DNA from: Octopus sinensis
Taxonomy: Eukaryota
Reading direction: 5' to 3'
Length of the DNA: 64,000 nt
Assembly: GCF_006345805.1 (NCBI RefSeq)
Contig: NC_043018.1
Span: forward strand, 18,476,001 to 18,540,000
This document shows positions 1 through 12,921 of this stretch, piece by piece. The notes under the pieces were generated by a model that was given only the letters and a program-made list of their open reading frames with translations, did not search any database and was not told where the DNA came from. Every line of letters begins with the position of its first letter. Positions within the stretch are counted from its first letter, which is position 1. The translations under genes and the position numbers were made by a program.

Positions 1-334
1 ATGTTGTCATGTACATTGAGTGGATAAAGATTTGGTGCCAACGAAAAATAAACAAGTGAAACCATTGTATATTGGAAAAGAACCTTAGAATATGGTTCTT
101 TATTAAAACATATGTATTTAGCATTGAGGTGAAATTTACCAGTATTGGAACCAAGCCAAGTTGCAGATAAGATGAACAATAGAATAATGGTAGATTGTAA
201 ACAACCCTGACAGAACACCAAGATAAACCTCTTTGCTGGTTTCTAAGACAAATGTGGACTCGTTGTGAGGTCATTTGACAGCTAAGACACCGAGAGGTCA
301 GTATAATATAAGTAACAGTGAATGCTGTAGCAAG

Positions 335-835
335 GATGATGATGATGATGGTGGTGGTGGTGATGATGGTGATGGTGGTGGTGGTGATGGTGGTGATGGT
401 AATGGAGGTGGTAGTGGTGGTGATAGTGATGATGATGGTGGTGGTGATGGTGGTGGTAGTGATGATGGTGGTGGTGATGGTGGTGGTGATACAATGATGA
501 TGGTAGTGGGTAATGATGGAGATGGTGGTGGTGGTACAGTGATGATGATGGTAGTGGTGGTGATGATGATGATGGTAGTGACGATGGTGGTGATGGTGGT
601 GGTGATGGTGGTGGTAATGACAGTGATGGTAATGATGGTGATGGAGATGGTGGTGGTGGTACAGTGATGATGATGGTGGTGGTGGTGGTGATAATGATGA
701 TGGTGGTAGTGGTGATGATGATGAGGATGTGGTGGTGGTGGTAGTGGTGATGATTGTTGTAGAAGTGGTGGTTGTAGTAGTGATAAAAGATGTTGAGTGA
801 TATCAAGTCATAATGATGATGATGATGATGATGAT
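335..835. repeat. (GAT/GGT)n trinucleotide microsatellite
   Basis: Degenerate GATGAT/GGTGGT array. It explains the poly-D/G/V/H ORFs 275..667 and 282..806. Confidence 0.95.
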
Positions 836-1479
836 ATTTAGGATGATAATGATAACAGTAATGTTGATGTTGCTGTTATTGCTGCTGCTACTGATGAGGA
901 AATGAGACAAACTTGTAACTGTTGTTTAACCACAGGTCAAACCCTGATCCAGGTATATAAACCATAACACACCTGCCTTTTTAAAATTTTTTTCTTTTCA
1001 GACAATGTGTTTAGATATACATCATCAAACATATCGTCTCTTTCTTAAGACAATACAGTGTGGTTGAAAGGAGAGTAAGCTCCTATTTCTAGCAGGTCCA
1101 GCTACCCCAAGGAGGCTCAATCATTAGCTTATGGTGTTGATGAAGACGATGACAATAAATCTGATAAATGGAAAGGTAACTTTTCTAAAGATTGAAAAGA
1201 TACAGGTGGAATTCTTCCAAGAAAATTCAAAGATGCTGAGAGAGAGAAGATGGTCAGGATTTTCACAAAACTCCAAACTATTTATTCCCACCTAATAGTA
1301 ACCATGACAACTGAAACAAAAATGTTCTTTTTTGCTTACTGTTTTTCTCTTTTTTTTTCTTTTTTTTTTTGGTTAATTTCCTCCACAAAAAGGAAAAAGT
1401 TCTACTAAACATTACCAAAAATCTCAGAGTATTTGTAGCTTTATATTTTTCTATCTCTGCTTACTACAACAATCGTGTA

Positions 1480-1727
1480 CTCAGACAGAAATAAATACAC
1501 ACACACACCCATATATATATATATATACACACACACATGCACACATACACTGATATTGTAACTACAATATTCACGCACACACACACACAACATCGGCACT
1601 GATTCACACATACATACCACCACATATCCATACAGCTATATTCATCCACACACATACTTATGGTTTTACTGTTGACATAAAAAATTATTCAGTAGAACTT
1701 TCTAGTTAATTAAAGACACACATGCAT

Positions 1728-1769
<42 letters not shown>

Positions 1770-2511
1770 CACACACACACACTCACATACTAATATCCTG
1801 GATTGTGTGTGTGTGTATATGTATATATATTTATGTAAGTGTGTGTATGTGTGTACACACACACACCTATATACAGACAGAGAGTGAGAGAAAGAGATAT
1901 CCTGGTGTATGTGTATATATATACATATATATGAATATATATATATATATATGTATATATATGTATTTGTATGTATGTATTCTAGTGTATGTATATATAC
2001 ATACATACATACATATATATATGTGTGTGTGTGTGTATATAATAAAAAAACAGAGGATTTCATATTGGTTGACAGTCTCCAAGAAGGGGATTGAAAAAGT
2101 GAGAAGGGAGGGGGGAGAGAGGAAAAAGTGAAAAAGAGGAAAAATGTAAAAAAGCAAAAAGAAAAAGATTTATCAAAAAAGATGGAAAAGAAAAATCCAC
2201 AAAAGAGAGGAGGAGAAGGAGGAGGAGGAGGATAGTGGTGGTGGTGGTGGTGATGCAGACAGAAAAAGAAAAGGAAGAAATTTAGAAGAAAAATGAGTGC
2301 AAAACCAAGATTATGATTGGAAGGATGGGGGAAGGTGGGGGAGAGGGGGAAAGTGTGTGTGTGTGTGTGTGTGTGTGTCTACATGTGTGTGTAAATATGT
2401 GTGTGTGTGTGTGTCTACATGTGTGTGTAAATGTGTGTGAGTGTGTGTGTCTGCAGGTGTGTGTATGCTTTGTGTGTGTATGACTGTCTGAGTGTCTTTC
2501 TGAGTGTGTGG

Positions 2512-2556
<45 letters not shown>

Positions 2557-2835
2557 AATGTTTATAAGTCTGAATGTGTAAGTATGTGAGTGCGAATATA
2601 AGTGTATGTGTGTATGTATGAGTGTGAGTGTAAGAATACACGTGTTCATGTGAATGTGCATGTGTGTGAGTGTCTATGTATATGTATGTGTAAGTTTATG
2701 TGTGTGTGTACGAATGTGTATATATGTGTGTGTGTGTCTTTGTGAGAATGTGGATGTGTGCGTGTCTGAGTGTGTCGGTGTGTGGATATATCTCTGTGAG
2801 TGTGTAAGTATGTGTATAAGTGTACATATATGTGA

Positions 2836-2883
<48 letters not shown>

Positions 2884-2900
2884 CAAAGAAAAGGAAATAT
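1480..2900. repeat. Compound (CA/TG)n and (TA)n microsatellite cluster
   Basis: Long dinucleotide runs interleaved with short unique segments. Confidence 0.9.
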
Positions 2901-3327
2901 TAAGATATTGGTTGACAAATCTGTGGTTGTGTGTTTTTTCATAATTGCTTTATTGCACAAGTAAGAAAGATTTTATATCACTTAGCAAAATATGAACAGA
3001 AAAACACAAAAACAAGAAAACACAGGAAAAAAATTTCCAATCACCCAATATTATAATTCTTATTTTACTTTAAAAATTATTATTGTCGTTATTATTTTTA
3101 TTGTTGTTGTTGTTGTTGTGAATTGATGTGTATACAGGGGTTATTTTGAAAATCTTTTTCCAGTCATGTTTTCACCAATAATTTTACTCAAAATAGTAAA
3201 TGAAAAGTTAAATTAATTTCAGGGAGAAAATAATAAAGGTATTAATATACATCAAGTTAATAAGATAATAATAATAATATATAATAATATTAATAATAAC
3301 AATGATAATAATGATAATAATATAATA

Positions 3328-3357
<30 letters not shown>

Positions 3358-3361
<4 letters not shown>

Positions 3362-3908
3362 GCCCTGATGCAGTACCAGGCATGGCTCTCATGGCTTCTG
3401 ATCTTAACTGATGGAAGTGTTATCATGTACATTGTTTTGTCTTGGTATAAAAGATGGGCTACAGCAATATTCTGCTCAATACCACAGATTTGCTTGTCTG
3501 TTGTTTGACCTTAACCAGTGAGCATGTCCCTAGTGGCTGACGATATGTGCATCTCTGATCACGACAGACGTAAGTGGGGGAGCATCATGGCCATGTGTTG
3601 AGAGGGATTCTTTGGAGTTTGAATGGTTCACCTCTGGAAACATAGGTGTTTCGTTCAACATCCTAAAGCAACCTTATTCAGGGACCGTTTGAGCAGGAGG
3701 GCCACTCAACCTGAAGAAAATTCTAACTGGGCCCCACCTGCAAGGTCATGTGCTGTTCATCATCTGATATGAGATCACCATGTCGCGCACATATGGTTGT
3801 GATGCATGTGCCTGGTGTACCTTTATCAGACGGGTAGTCATGATGGGTATATTGGCTTCGTATATTTACCCCAGTGTCACTGTGATGGCATGAACTGCTC
3901 TCTCACTC
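3358..3908 (+). mobile_element. ~550-bp non-coding interspersed element flanked by (TAA)n (unclassified retroposon-like)
   Basis: Homologous copies at 12449-12921(-), 26648-26980(+) and 46464-47091(+). All share the end ...CTCACTC followed by a TAA-type array, with variable opposite ends. Confidence 0.8.
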
Positions 3909-4032
3909 AATAATAATAATAGTAAATCCTTTGTATTATAGGCGCAGGGTCTGAAATTTTGGGGGAACAGCTAAGTCAATTATATCGACCCCATTACTCT
4001 ATATGTATGTATGTAAGTATGTGTGTATATAT

Positions 4033-4437
4033 ACTCTTTTTACTCTTTTACTATTTTACTTGTTTCAGTCATGCTGGAGCACTGCCTTTAGTCGAGCACA
4101 TCGACCCCGGGACTTATTCTTTGTAAGCCCAGTACTTATTCTATCGGTCTCTTTTGCCGAACTGCTAAGTGACGAGGACATAAACACACCAGCATCGGTT
4201 GTCAAGCAATGCAAGGGGGACAAACACAGACACACAAACACACACACACATATATATATATATACATATATACGACAGGCTTCTTTCAGTTTCCGTCTAC
4301 CAAATCCACTCACAAGGCATTGGTCGGCCCGGGGCTATAGCAGAAGACACTTGCCCAAGATGCCACGCAGTGGGACTGAACCCGGAACCATGTGGTTAGT
4401 AAGCAAGCTACTTACCACACAGCCACTCCTGCGCCTA
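4033..4437 (-). mobile_element. tRNA-derived SINE family A, full-length copy
   Basis: Minus-strand head GGCGCAGGAGTGGCTGTGTGGTAAG...GGGTTCAGTCCC (A/B-box-like), internal (TA)n(TG)n tract and AAAGAGT-repeat tail. Many homologues in the window. Confidence 0.85.
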
Positions 4438-4465
4438 TATATATATATACCCCTATCTCAATTTG

Positions 4466-4513
<48 letters not shown>

Positions 4514-4788
4514 TTATATGTGTGTGTGTGTATAGAGTGTTAGGTGTGATGTACAGAAAGTGAATTTTGAGAAGAAAAACGTCGGCAGAATTTTGGAAAA
4601 AATTCTTTATTTCTTCATTAGTATAAGCACTTTTCATTCCTTTTTAGAACTTGTCAAATAACATTCTATTTGACAAGTTCTAGAAAGGAACGGAAAGCAC
4701 TAATAATAATGAAGAAATAAAAAGAATTTTTCCAAAATTCTGCCAACATTTTTTTTCTCAATACACACACACACACACACACACACAC

Positions 4789-4819
<31 letters not shown>

Positions 4820-4867
4820 TAATATATATATATATATATAATATATAATATATATATATATATATAT

Positions 4868-4898
<31 letters not shown>

Positions 4899-5616
4899 AT
4901 TGTATATATATATGTATATATATGTATATATGTATTAAACGTTTGAGAAATCAGACCCTGGAGAAATGTTCTACACAAGGATTATATACTGATGACTGGA
5001 GCCAAAACAAATTTTGGAGAATTAGAATTTCACAGCAGACAACATCAAAGCAAAATACAAACTATACAGAGAGAGAGAGAGAGAACTTGTATGTGATTAT
5101 ATTACTCCCCAGAAACGGTAACCAATTCTACCTCAGTTCATATCTATTGAAGAACATGGTACTTCAAAATATCTTATATGTAAAAATATAAGATAGTGAA
5201 AGTGAGAACATTCAAACTCTTAGGTTTACTCAGTCAGAGCTGGCTTGAAGCGAAACAACAGATTTGGGCAGGAAACAATAATAGACATAGTGAGTTCATT
5301 TATGTGTTTTTATGTCTGTTTTGCCAGGCTAGTCTGAGTTAGATGGATCTCTATGTGAGACATTGTTTGACAGCAGTCTGATGCCTTTCGTGTTGCCAAG
5401 AAGACTCTTATTTTACAAATCTTCAAAGCACATGTAAAGTAAGAGCATGATTTGTTGATAAGAGAAAATGGCCAGAACAATGGCACTTGTGGTTTTAGGT
5501 GGAATGCAAATATCAACTGACACACAGACACACATGTGCACACACACGTCTCTTGTATATAATATATATGTTATATGGATATATATATATATGGCTAGAT
5601 ATATAACATATATATT

Positions 5617-6049
5617 ACTCTTTACCCTTTTACTCTTTTACTTGTTTCAGTCATTTGACTTATTCATTTGACTGCAGCCATGCTGGAGCACCGCTTTTAA
5701 TCGACCAACTCGACCCCGGGACTTATTCTTTTGTAAGCCCAGTACTTATTCTATCGGTCTCTTTTTGCTGAACCACTAAGTAACGGGGACATAAACACAC
5801 CAGCATCGGTTGTCAAGCAATGCTAGGGGGACAAACGCAGACACACAAACACACACACGCATATATATATATATATACATATATACGACGGGCTTCTTTC
5901 AGTTTCTGTCTACCAAATTCACTCACAAGGCTTTGGTTAGCCCAAAGCTATAGTAGAAGACAATTGCCCAAGGTGCCACGCAGTGGGACTGAACCCAGAA
6001 CCATGTGGTTGGTAAACAAGCTACTTACCACACAGCCACTCCTGCGCCT
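5617..6049 (-). mobile_element. SINE family A copy
   Basis: Collinear with 4033-4437. Confidence 0.85.
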
Positions 6050-6962
6050 ATATATATATATATACACATACATATATATATAAATTTTATAATTTACTGA
6101 AATTAAAAGTGAGGGTACACAAGGTAACAGTGTTGCTAAAAATAAGAGTCAAAGAATCCTCTAATAAGCCACCATTTCACTGAAAGCATAACAGATTGAA
6201 AGAAATTGGGCAAAGAGCAAAGAAATTAACTTACCATTGTGACTGATGGTCACAGAATGCCCCTCAATATTCAAATTTGGAATCAAGCTTCAGTTACTGA
6301 TTGACACTCTGTATCAAGTTTGCAGAGGTAAGATGTATTGTGTAGTCACACAGCTCATGTCTTTCTCTTTCAAGTCCTCTCATATCACTGTATACTGGGT
6401 TTTTGGGTTATATATTTACTACAAATATACAAATACCCATCTATGCCACCCTTTAACTACACTTAGCCATCATGGAGTAAAAACAATTTTCAACTCATTT
6501 TAATTTTGTCATTTAATTATTTTGTTCTTATTTGCCAGCATATGAAGAAGAAATTACAGATGAGAGGTGTTGAAAAGCCTCAACCGATTAACAGCAAGCA
6601 ATGCCAAAACCTTAAGTACCAAGTCAATCAACACTACACGATGAAGGAAAATATTTGAAAAGAAAATACGAAATTGAAATGGAAAAGTAATCAAAGCCGT
6701 AAGGGGGGGGGAGGAAGGGGGGAATTCTTTCATTAAATTTGAATGGTTTCTGGAAGTGAAATGATTTCATTGTTAGCGGTTGTACTTTTAATTCTTCTCT
6801 AAAACTATGGAACAGATATAACACCCCAAAATTACCACCTATTAAACAATTGCTAATTTAGCTTCCAAGTCCCATTAACACTTAGGTTTTATTGCGGTTC
6901 TTGCTGTAAAAAGGGATTTATTACTTAAACAAGTGAGAGCGAATGCATGTATAACATGTATG

Positions 6963-7001
<39 letters not shown>

Positions 7002-7956
7002 CATATATCCACCACATATACATACACACTCATTTGGGAGAAAGAAAGATACACACACACATGCAAACACACACACACATGCAAACACACACACACACAC
7101 ACACAAACACACATTTTTAGCACACTGTTAATACAGAATATTGACCAAAAGAGTGACGCACTCAATCCAGGAGGTAAAGCTGATACATTTACTAATGTAT
7201 TAAGTTCTGAAATTTCATGTATAACATGTATGCATGTGTGTGTGTGTGTGTGTCATCATGTGTGTGTGTATGTCAGATATCCACCACATATACATACACA
7301 CTCATTTGGGAGAAAGAAAGATACACACACACATGCAAACACAACACACACACACACAAACACACATTTTTAGCAGACTGTTAATACAGAATATTGACCA
7401 AAAGAGTGACGCACTCAATCCAGGAGGTAAAGCTGATAGATTTACTAATGTATTAAGTTCTAAAATTTCACAGCTCCATTTCATGTGTGCTAAGGAGTAA
7501 TTAAAGGGAGATAAAAGGGTTTATTTGACAATTGCTTTAACTAATGAATATTCTAACTTGCCATGAAACACATTATGATGCTGAGCAGTTTAAACAATAT
7601 AAGTGTTGGTCCATCTATTTAAGTCTCTATATGTGTACTGGTGAGTGTATGTGCGTGTGTATAGCTCTATCTATCTATCTGTCTGTCTGTCTGTCTATGC
7701 TGTAGAAGGTAATCTTCACAATTTGGAGATAGATATGGAAATTGGGAATCATTAGCAGGAAGCCAAGCATCATGGAGAAAGGCTTCTTTCAGTTTCCGTC
7801 TACCAAATCCACTCACAAGGCATTGGTCAGCCGAGGCTATAGTAAAAGACACTTGCCCTAGGTTTCACGGAGTGGGACTGAACCTGGAACCATGTGGTTG
7901 GTAAGCAAGCTACTTTCCACAAAGCCACCCCTGCGCCTATGAATCACCTTGATTAT

Positions 7957-8169
7957 TTAACCCTTTAGTATCCGGCCAAAATATTTTATTTTGTTTTATG
8001 TTCAAACTGACCAGATCCAGGCTCTCACACCTACCCTACAATGTTATTCTACATTAAGTAATTACACCATCAAGATCTTGAAGATATGAGATAATGCATG
8101 ATTAATTCAAATCAATGGGAATCAATAGGCATTATGTTTGATTGAATAATCAGAACACTAAAGGGTTAA
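7957..8169 (+). mobile_element. piggyBac-type MITE (family 1)
   Basis: TTAA|CCCTTTAG...CTAAAGGG|TTAA termini. Homologous to the 17770, 18746 and 23138 copies. Confidence 0.8.
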
Positions 8170-8500
8170 AAAAAAATAATTGAAACAAAGGCAATATATT
8201 CCAACTCAGATATGGTAACAAAATGTTTATTAATCCACAGCATGAGGACTTTACGAAAGATGTTGAAATACTCCATTATGTTGATATTAAAACTAGCTTT
8301 GGTGAGAAAAGGGGACATGGCATATCCATCAGATGCAATGGCTGCAGACACCTTCACTGAGGCTGGATTCTTGCTTTGCATGATTACAGGAACCCAGAAG
8401 TCTCAAAAGCAACGACGCTGCAGCTGTGGCAGTTGATGACTCGGTCGACTAAGAATTTCTGTTTGTTAACCTAGGTTTTGGAATGGTAAGGAAATGGAAA
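8170..8500 (-). pseudogene. Degenerate Tc1/mariner (maT/DD37D-like) transposase fragment
   Basis: Minus strand translates with a frameshift to ...KFLVDRVIN.../VPVIMQSKNPASVKVSAAIASDGYAMSPF...NIMEYFNIFRKVLMLWINKHF, matching the maT 'PASVMV..VxSxG..MPP' block. Confidence 0.6.
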
Positions 8501-8579
8501 CCAGATGTTTTGTGAATGAACTGAGAACATCTAGTAAGAGACAAATGCCTTACCCTGGGGTGGAAGTGGAGCAGGCTAA

Positions 8580-9020
8580 TCATCATCATCGTCATCGTCG
8601 TTTAACATCCACTTTCCATACTAGCATGGGTTGAACGATTTTGACTGAGGGCTGGCGAACTAGATGGTTGCACCAGGTTTCAATCTTGATCTGGCAGAGT
8701 TTCTACAGCTGGATGCCCTTCCTAATGCCAACCACTCCTAGAGTGTTGTGGGTGCTTTTACGTGCCACCGGCACGGAGCCAGACAGGCGGTACTGGCAAT
8801 GACCTCACTCGAATCTTTTACACATGCCACCGGCACAGGTGCCAGTAAGGCAATGCTGGTAAAGATCACGCTCAAATGGTGTCTTTTACATGCCACTGGC
8901 ACAGAGTCCAGATAGCCACTCTGGCAACGATCATGCTTGGATGGTGCTCTTTAACGTGACACTGGTAACGATCACGCTCGAATGGTGTTTTTTACGTGCC
9001 ACCAGCATGGAGGCCAGTGA
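8580..9020 (-). mobile_element. RTE-LINE 3' end fragment
   Basis: (CAT)n tail plus the reverse complement of the conserved tail GGAAGGGCATCCAGCTGTAGAAAC...CATGCTAGCATGGAAA, shared with 31910-32087. Confidence 0.8.
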
Positions 9021-9389
9021 GGCGAGGTTATCAATAAATATTTGCCTACATCAAACAAGTCATGTGACTACATTGCTGGCTGAGAATAAATTTATTGATA
9101 AAGATCAATCATTTAAATAGATGCTTCTCTCATTTAGTCACATTAATTCAGTTACCTGACTACGAGCAGGAACTGATGCCAAAATCGACCATGTTCCAAG
9201 CTGATAGAATTGTGTGGAAATCAAGTTTGTGCATAACACCATTTAACACTCTAATCACGATTTAACATAATTATATTAATTTATCATTGCTTCCTTTCCT
9301 AATACACCATATATTTAACATTAATTATATAAACTCTCTCGTTGTTTTCCCTATAACACACAATACATTTATGGTTTTCACAAATGGAT

Positions 9390-9773
9390 TACTCCTTTAC
9401 TGCGGCCATGCTGGAGCACCGCCTTTAGTCGAGAAAATCGACACCGGGACTTATTCCCTGCAAGCCCAGCACCCACTCCATCTGTCTCTTTGGCTGAACC
9501 GCCAAGTGACGGGGACGCAAACACACCAGCATCGGCTGTCAAGCAATGCTAGGCGGACAAACACAGACACACAAATACATACACACACATATATATATAT
9601 ACATATATACGACAGGCTTCTTTCAGTTTCCGTCTACCAAATCCACTCACAAGGCATTGGTCGGCCCGGGGCTATAGCAGAAGACACTTGCCCAAGATGC
9701 CACGCAGTGGGACTGAACCCGGAACCATGTAGTTTGTTAGCAAGCTACTTACCACACAGCCACTCCTGTGCCT
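9390..9773 (-). mobile_element. SINE family A copy
   Basis: Collinear with 4033-4437. Confidence 0.85.
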
Positions 9774-10484
9774 ATTCAGAAAATTTACACCAACTTGTGA
9801 CAATGCACATATGTTGATGCATATGTGCACATCAGCTTGTGAATGTGCACAGCTTGGTGAATGTGCACATATGTTTATGTATGTGTGCATGTGTGTGAAC
9901 TCAAGAATGTGGATATCATTCGGGTTTGGGAAAATTTAGATATTAGCAATGGAAGCAGCATTAGTACTGAATAGCAATCTGCATATGCTACTTAATGTGG
10001 ATGCACTAACGGGAGATGATAGAGGATACCTGCTGATGATGATGTGCAAACATGCAGAAATCATGTGATCGAGCAGTTTCACCCCTGGTGTTGGATATTT
10101 TTTGTGTGCTGCTTATAATGCTCTGCTTTTTAGCTCTATAAAGACGGTGCTCCAGCATGGCCACAGTCAAATGACTGAAACAAATAAAAGAGTAAAAGAG
10201 AGTATATGTCTGTACAGGATGCTGTTGGAATATGAATACCATAGTTAACTGGCAGTCTTATAGTACATCCATGTTAAGTAGGATTTACAGAATCGTTAGC
10301 ATGCTGGATGAAATGCTCCATGGCTTGTCATCCATCTTTACATTCTAAGTTCAAATTCCACCAGGGATGACTTCTCTTTCATCCTTTCGGGGTCAATAAA
10401 TTAAGTACCTGTGTAACACTAGGCCAATGCAATCAACTAGTCCCCTACCCCCAAATTTCAGGCCTTGTGCCTATAGTAGAAACC

Positions 10485-10643
10485 CTCGCAATACCAGAGG
10501 GCGCACACTCTCCTACCCTGATGTAATCTCCAGGGATACAGGCATCCAGCAACAGGACCTCCGTAATGCCATGATGGGCCGTGAAGTCTGGCGTAGCATA
10601 ATAAATTCCATTGTCTCGACCACAGTCAAACAATGATGATGAT
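10485..10643 (+). mobile_element. Second RTE-like family, 3' end
   Basis: Encodes RNTRGRTLSYPDVISRDTGIQQQDLRNAMMGREVWRSIINSIVSTTVKQ* followed by a (GAT)n tail. Homologous to 22290-22582(-). Confidence 0.75.
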
Positions 10644-10794
10644 AAGAAACCCTCTCTCTCTTTCGGAGAGGCACTGAGCACCTACACGCACACATACACA
10701 CACGGCAGTAACTTCCGCCTACCGAATTCAATCACAAAGCTTCGGTCTGCTCGGGGCTATAGTGGAAGACACCTACCCAAAGTGCCACGCAGTG

Positions 10795-10859
<65 letters not shown>

Positions 10860-10974
10860 CTCTTTGAGGTCAATAAAGTAAGCACCAGTTGGGCACCGGA
10901 GTCGATATTGACTTATGCCCTTATCCAAAATTGCTGGCTTAGCACCAAAATTTGAAACCATTATCATTATTGCT

Positions 10975-11195
10975 AAGGCAGCAAACTGGCAGAATTGTTG
11001 GCATGCTGGGCAAAATGCTTCATGGCATTTTGTATGTCTTTACGTTCTGAGTTCAAATTCTGTTGAGGTTAATTTTGCCTTTCATCCTTTTGGGGTTAAT
11101 AAAATAAGTGTCAGTTGCATCCTAGGATTGATCTAATTGACTTGACCCCTGCCCACAAAATTCCAGGCCCCTTGTGCCTATAGCAGAAAGGATTA
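10975..11195 (+). mobile_element. tRNA-derived SINE family B (type-2 tail, ends in (ATT)n)
   Basis: Head ...CTGGCAGAA...GTTCTGAGTTCAAATTC, body TTTCATCCTTT-GGGGT, tail CAGGCCCCTTGTGCCTATAGCAGAAAGGATTATT. Confidence 0.75.
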
Positions 11196-11227
11196 TTATT
11201 ATCATTATTATTATTATTATTATTGTT

Positions 11228-11618
11228 ATGTTTTTTCCTTCTTTGTTCAAATTTTCTTCCGTTTCTCGCCGAGTGTTTTCCATACACCTAGGGCAGAGAA
11301 GGGCATTATATGCATTCCCAGATTACACGTGCAAATTCACAGATAACATATGTATTTAAAAATTAATAAATAAATAAATTCATGGATGGATGTTATATTC
11401 ACAGCGATAATGCTCTTCTCAGTACATGAGCCGTTCCAGTTAATATGATTTTTTGCACTTCCTGTAGGGATGGTAAGCCTGGAATCATTTTCAAATAGGT
11501 TTCAGTACCTTTTTTTTATCATTCCTAGAGATCCTACAATCACTGGTACTCTAGTCGCCTTGAGATGCCACATTTTTTCAATTTCTATTAGCAGGTCTTT
11601 ATATTTACTAATCTTATA
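11228..11618 (-). mobile_element. R4/Dong-like non-LTR retrotransposon 3' fragment (RLE domain C-terminus + 3' UTR)
   Basis: Minus strand reads KISKYKDLLIEIEKMWHLKATRVPVIVGSLGMIKK/GTETYLKMIPGLPSLQEVQKIILTGTAHVLRRALSL*. The UTR is homologous to 21103-21270 and ends in (TAA)n. Confidence 0.8.
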
Positions 11619-11806
11619 CTAATTATACTCTTTACTCTTTTACTCTTTTACTTGTTTCAGTCAGTTGACTGTGGCCATGCTGGAGCACCGCCTTTAGTCG
11701 AGCTACTCGACCCCGGGACTTATTCTTTGTAAGCCAGTACTTATTCTATCGGTCTCTTTTGCCGAACCGCTAAGTGATAATTATTATTATTATTATTATT
11801 ATTATT

Positions 11807-11914
11807 TTATGTTTGACTTTTGCTTTGCATTTGTACACAAGTTGCCTCCAAGTCTCACCCAAGTCCTCAAGAGAAAACAAGTTAGAAGTTCATGTTGATG
11901 CATTATCTAGGTGC
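11807..11914 (-). mobile_element. ~110-bp element embedded in (TAA)n
   Basis: Homologous to 56635-56741(+). Both copies are flanked by TAA arrays on both sides. Confidence 0.65.
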
Positions 11915-11933
11915 ATTATTATTATTGTTATTA

Positions 11934-11977
<44 letters not shown>

Positions 11978-12390
11978 GCTCAAAAGATATTAGGGTAAAT
12001 ATATTTCTGAATTACAAATGTCATGTCCTAGACGAATGAACAAAATGATAAGAGAATTCCAGCAAATTTATACAAAACTCTCTCTGACTAAGTGTTCTCT
12101 TTCCTGATTACTTTTTTCCTTCTTTTTTTTTTAACCTTGGTACCATTTATGGAAAAGCAAAAATTCCTAACATTGTTTAGTATAAAAACAAAAATGGAAT
12201 GTAGGATATTTCTGTTCAAATTACTTTTAATTTTTATATTTCTGCATTGTAATTTTTGAATCCGAGGAAGACAGACATTGTTGAAAAAATTGCAAAATTC
12301 AATAAACAAAGTCAAATTTTGTTGTTGTAGTTCTTCTTCATATTATTGAAATTGTTGGCTTTGTGCCAAAAAATTTGAAACCATTATTAA

Positions 12391-12427
<37 letters not shown>

Positions 12428-12448
12428 GTTATTGTTGTTGTTGTTGTT

Positions 12449-12921
12449 GAGTGAGAGAGTAGAGCATGCTATCAAAGTGACACTGGGGTAAAATATACGA
12501 AGCCCAGTATACCCATCAGGACTACCCGTCTGATAAGGGTACACCAGGCACATGCATCATGACCATATGTATGCGCAACATGGTGATCTCATATCAAGAT
12601 AAACAGCACATGACCTTGCAGGTGGGGGCCCAGTTAAAATTTACTTCAGGTCAAGTAGCCCATCCTGCTCAAAAGGTCCCTGAATAAGGGTTGTTTAAGG
12701 ATGATAAATGAAACACCCATGTTTCCAAAGGTGAATTATCCAAACCTCCAAGAATTCCCTTCAACACATGGCTATGATGTTCCCCAACTACTTCTGCTCG
12801 TGATCAGAGATGCACATATCGTCAGCCACTAAGGGACATGCTCAACTGGTTAAGGTCAAATGACTGACAAGTAAATCTGTGGTATTGAGCAGAATATTTG
12901 CTGTAGCCCATCTTTTATACC
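12449..12921 (-). mobile_element. ~550-bp TAA-associated element copy (truncated)
   Basis: Reverse complement of part of 3358-3908. Confidence 0.8.

Noticed and set aside
275-806. Long ORFs on both strands (poly-G/D/V/H/P)
   Set aside because: Pure GAT/GGT microsatellite; stop-free by composition.
6236-6420. Minus-strand segment with a strong GTAAGT donor
   Set aside because: Stops in all frames from the nearest acceptor; no support as a coding exon.
8241-8485. Plus-strand exon candidate (CAG...GTAAG)
   Set aside because: All three frames contain stops; the region is better explained as a minus-strand maT transposase relic.
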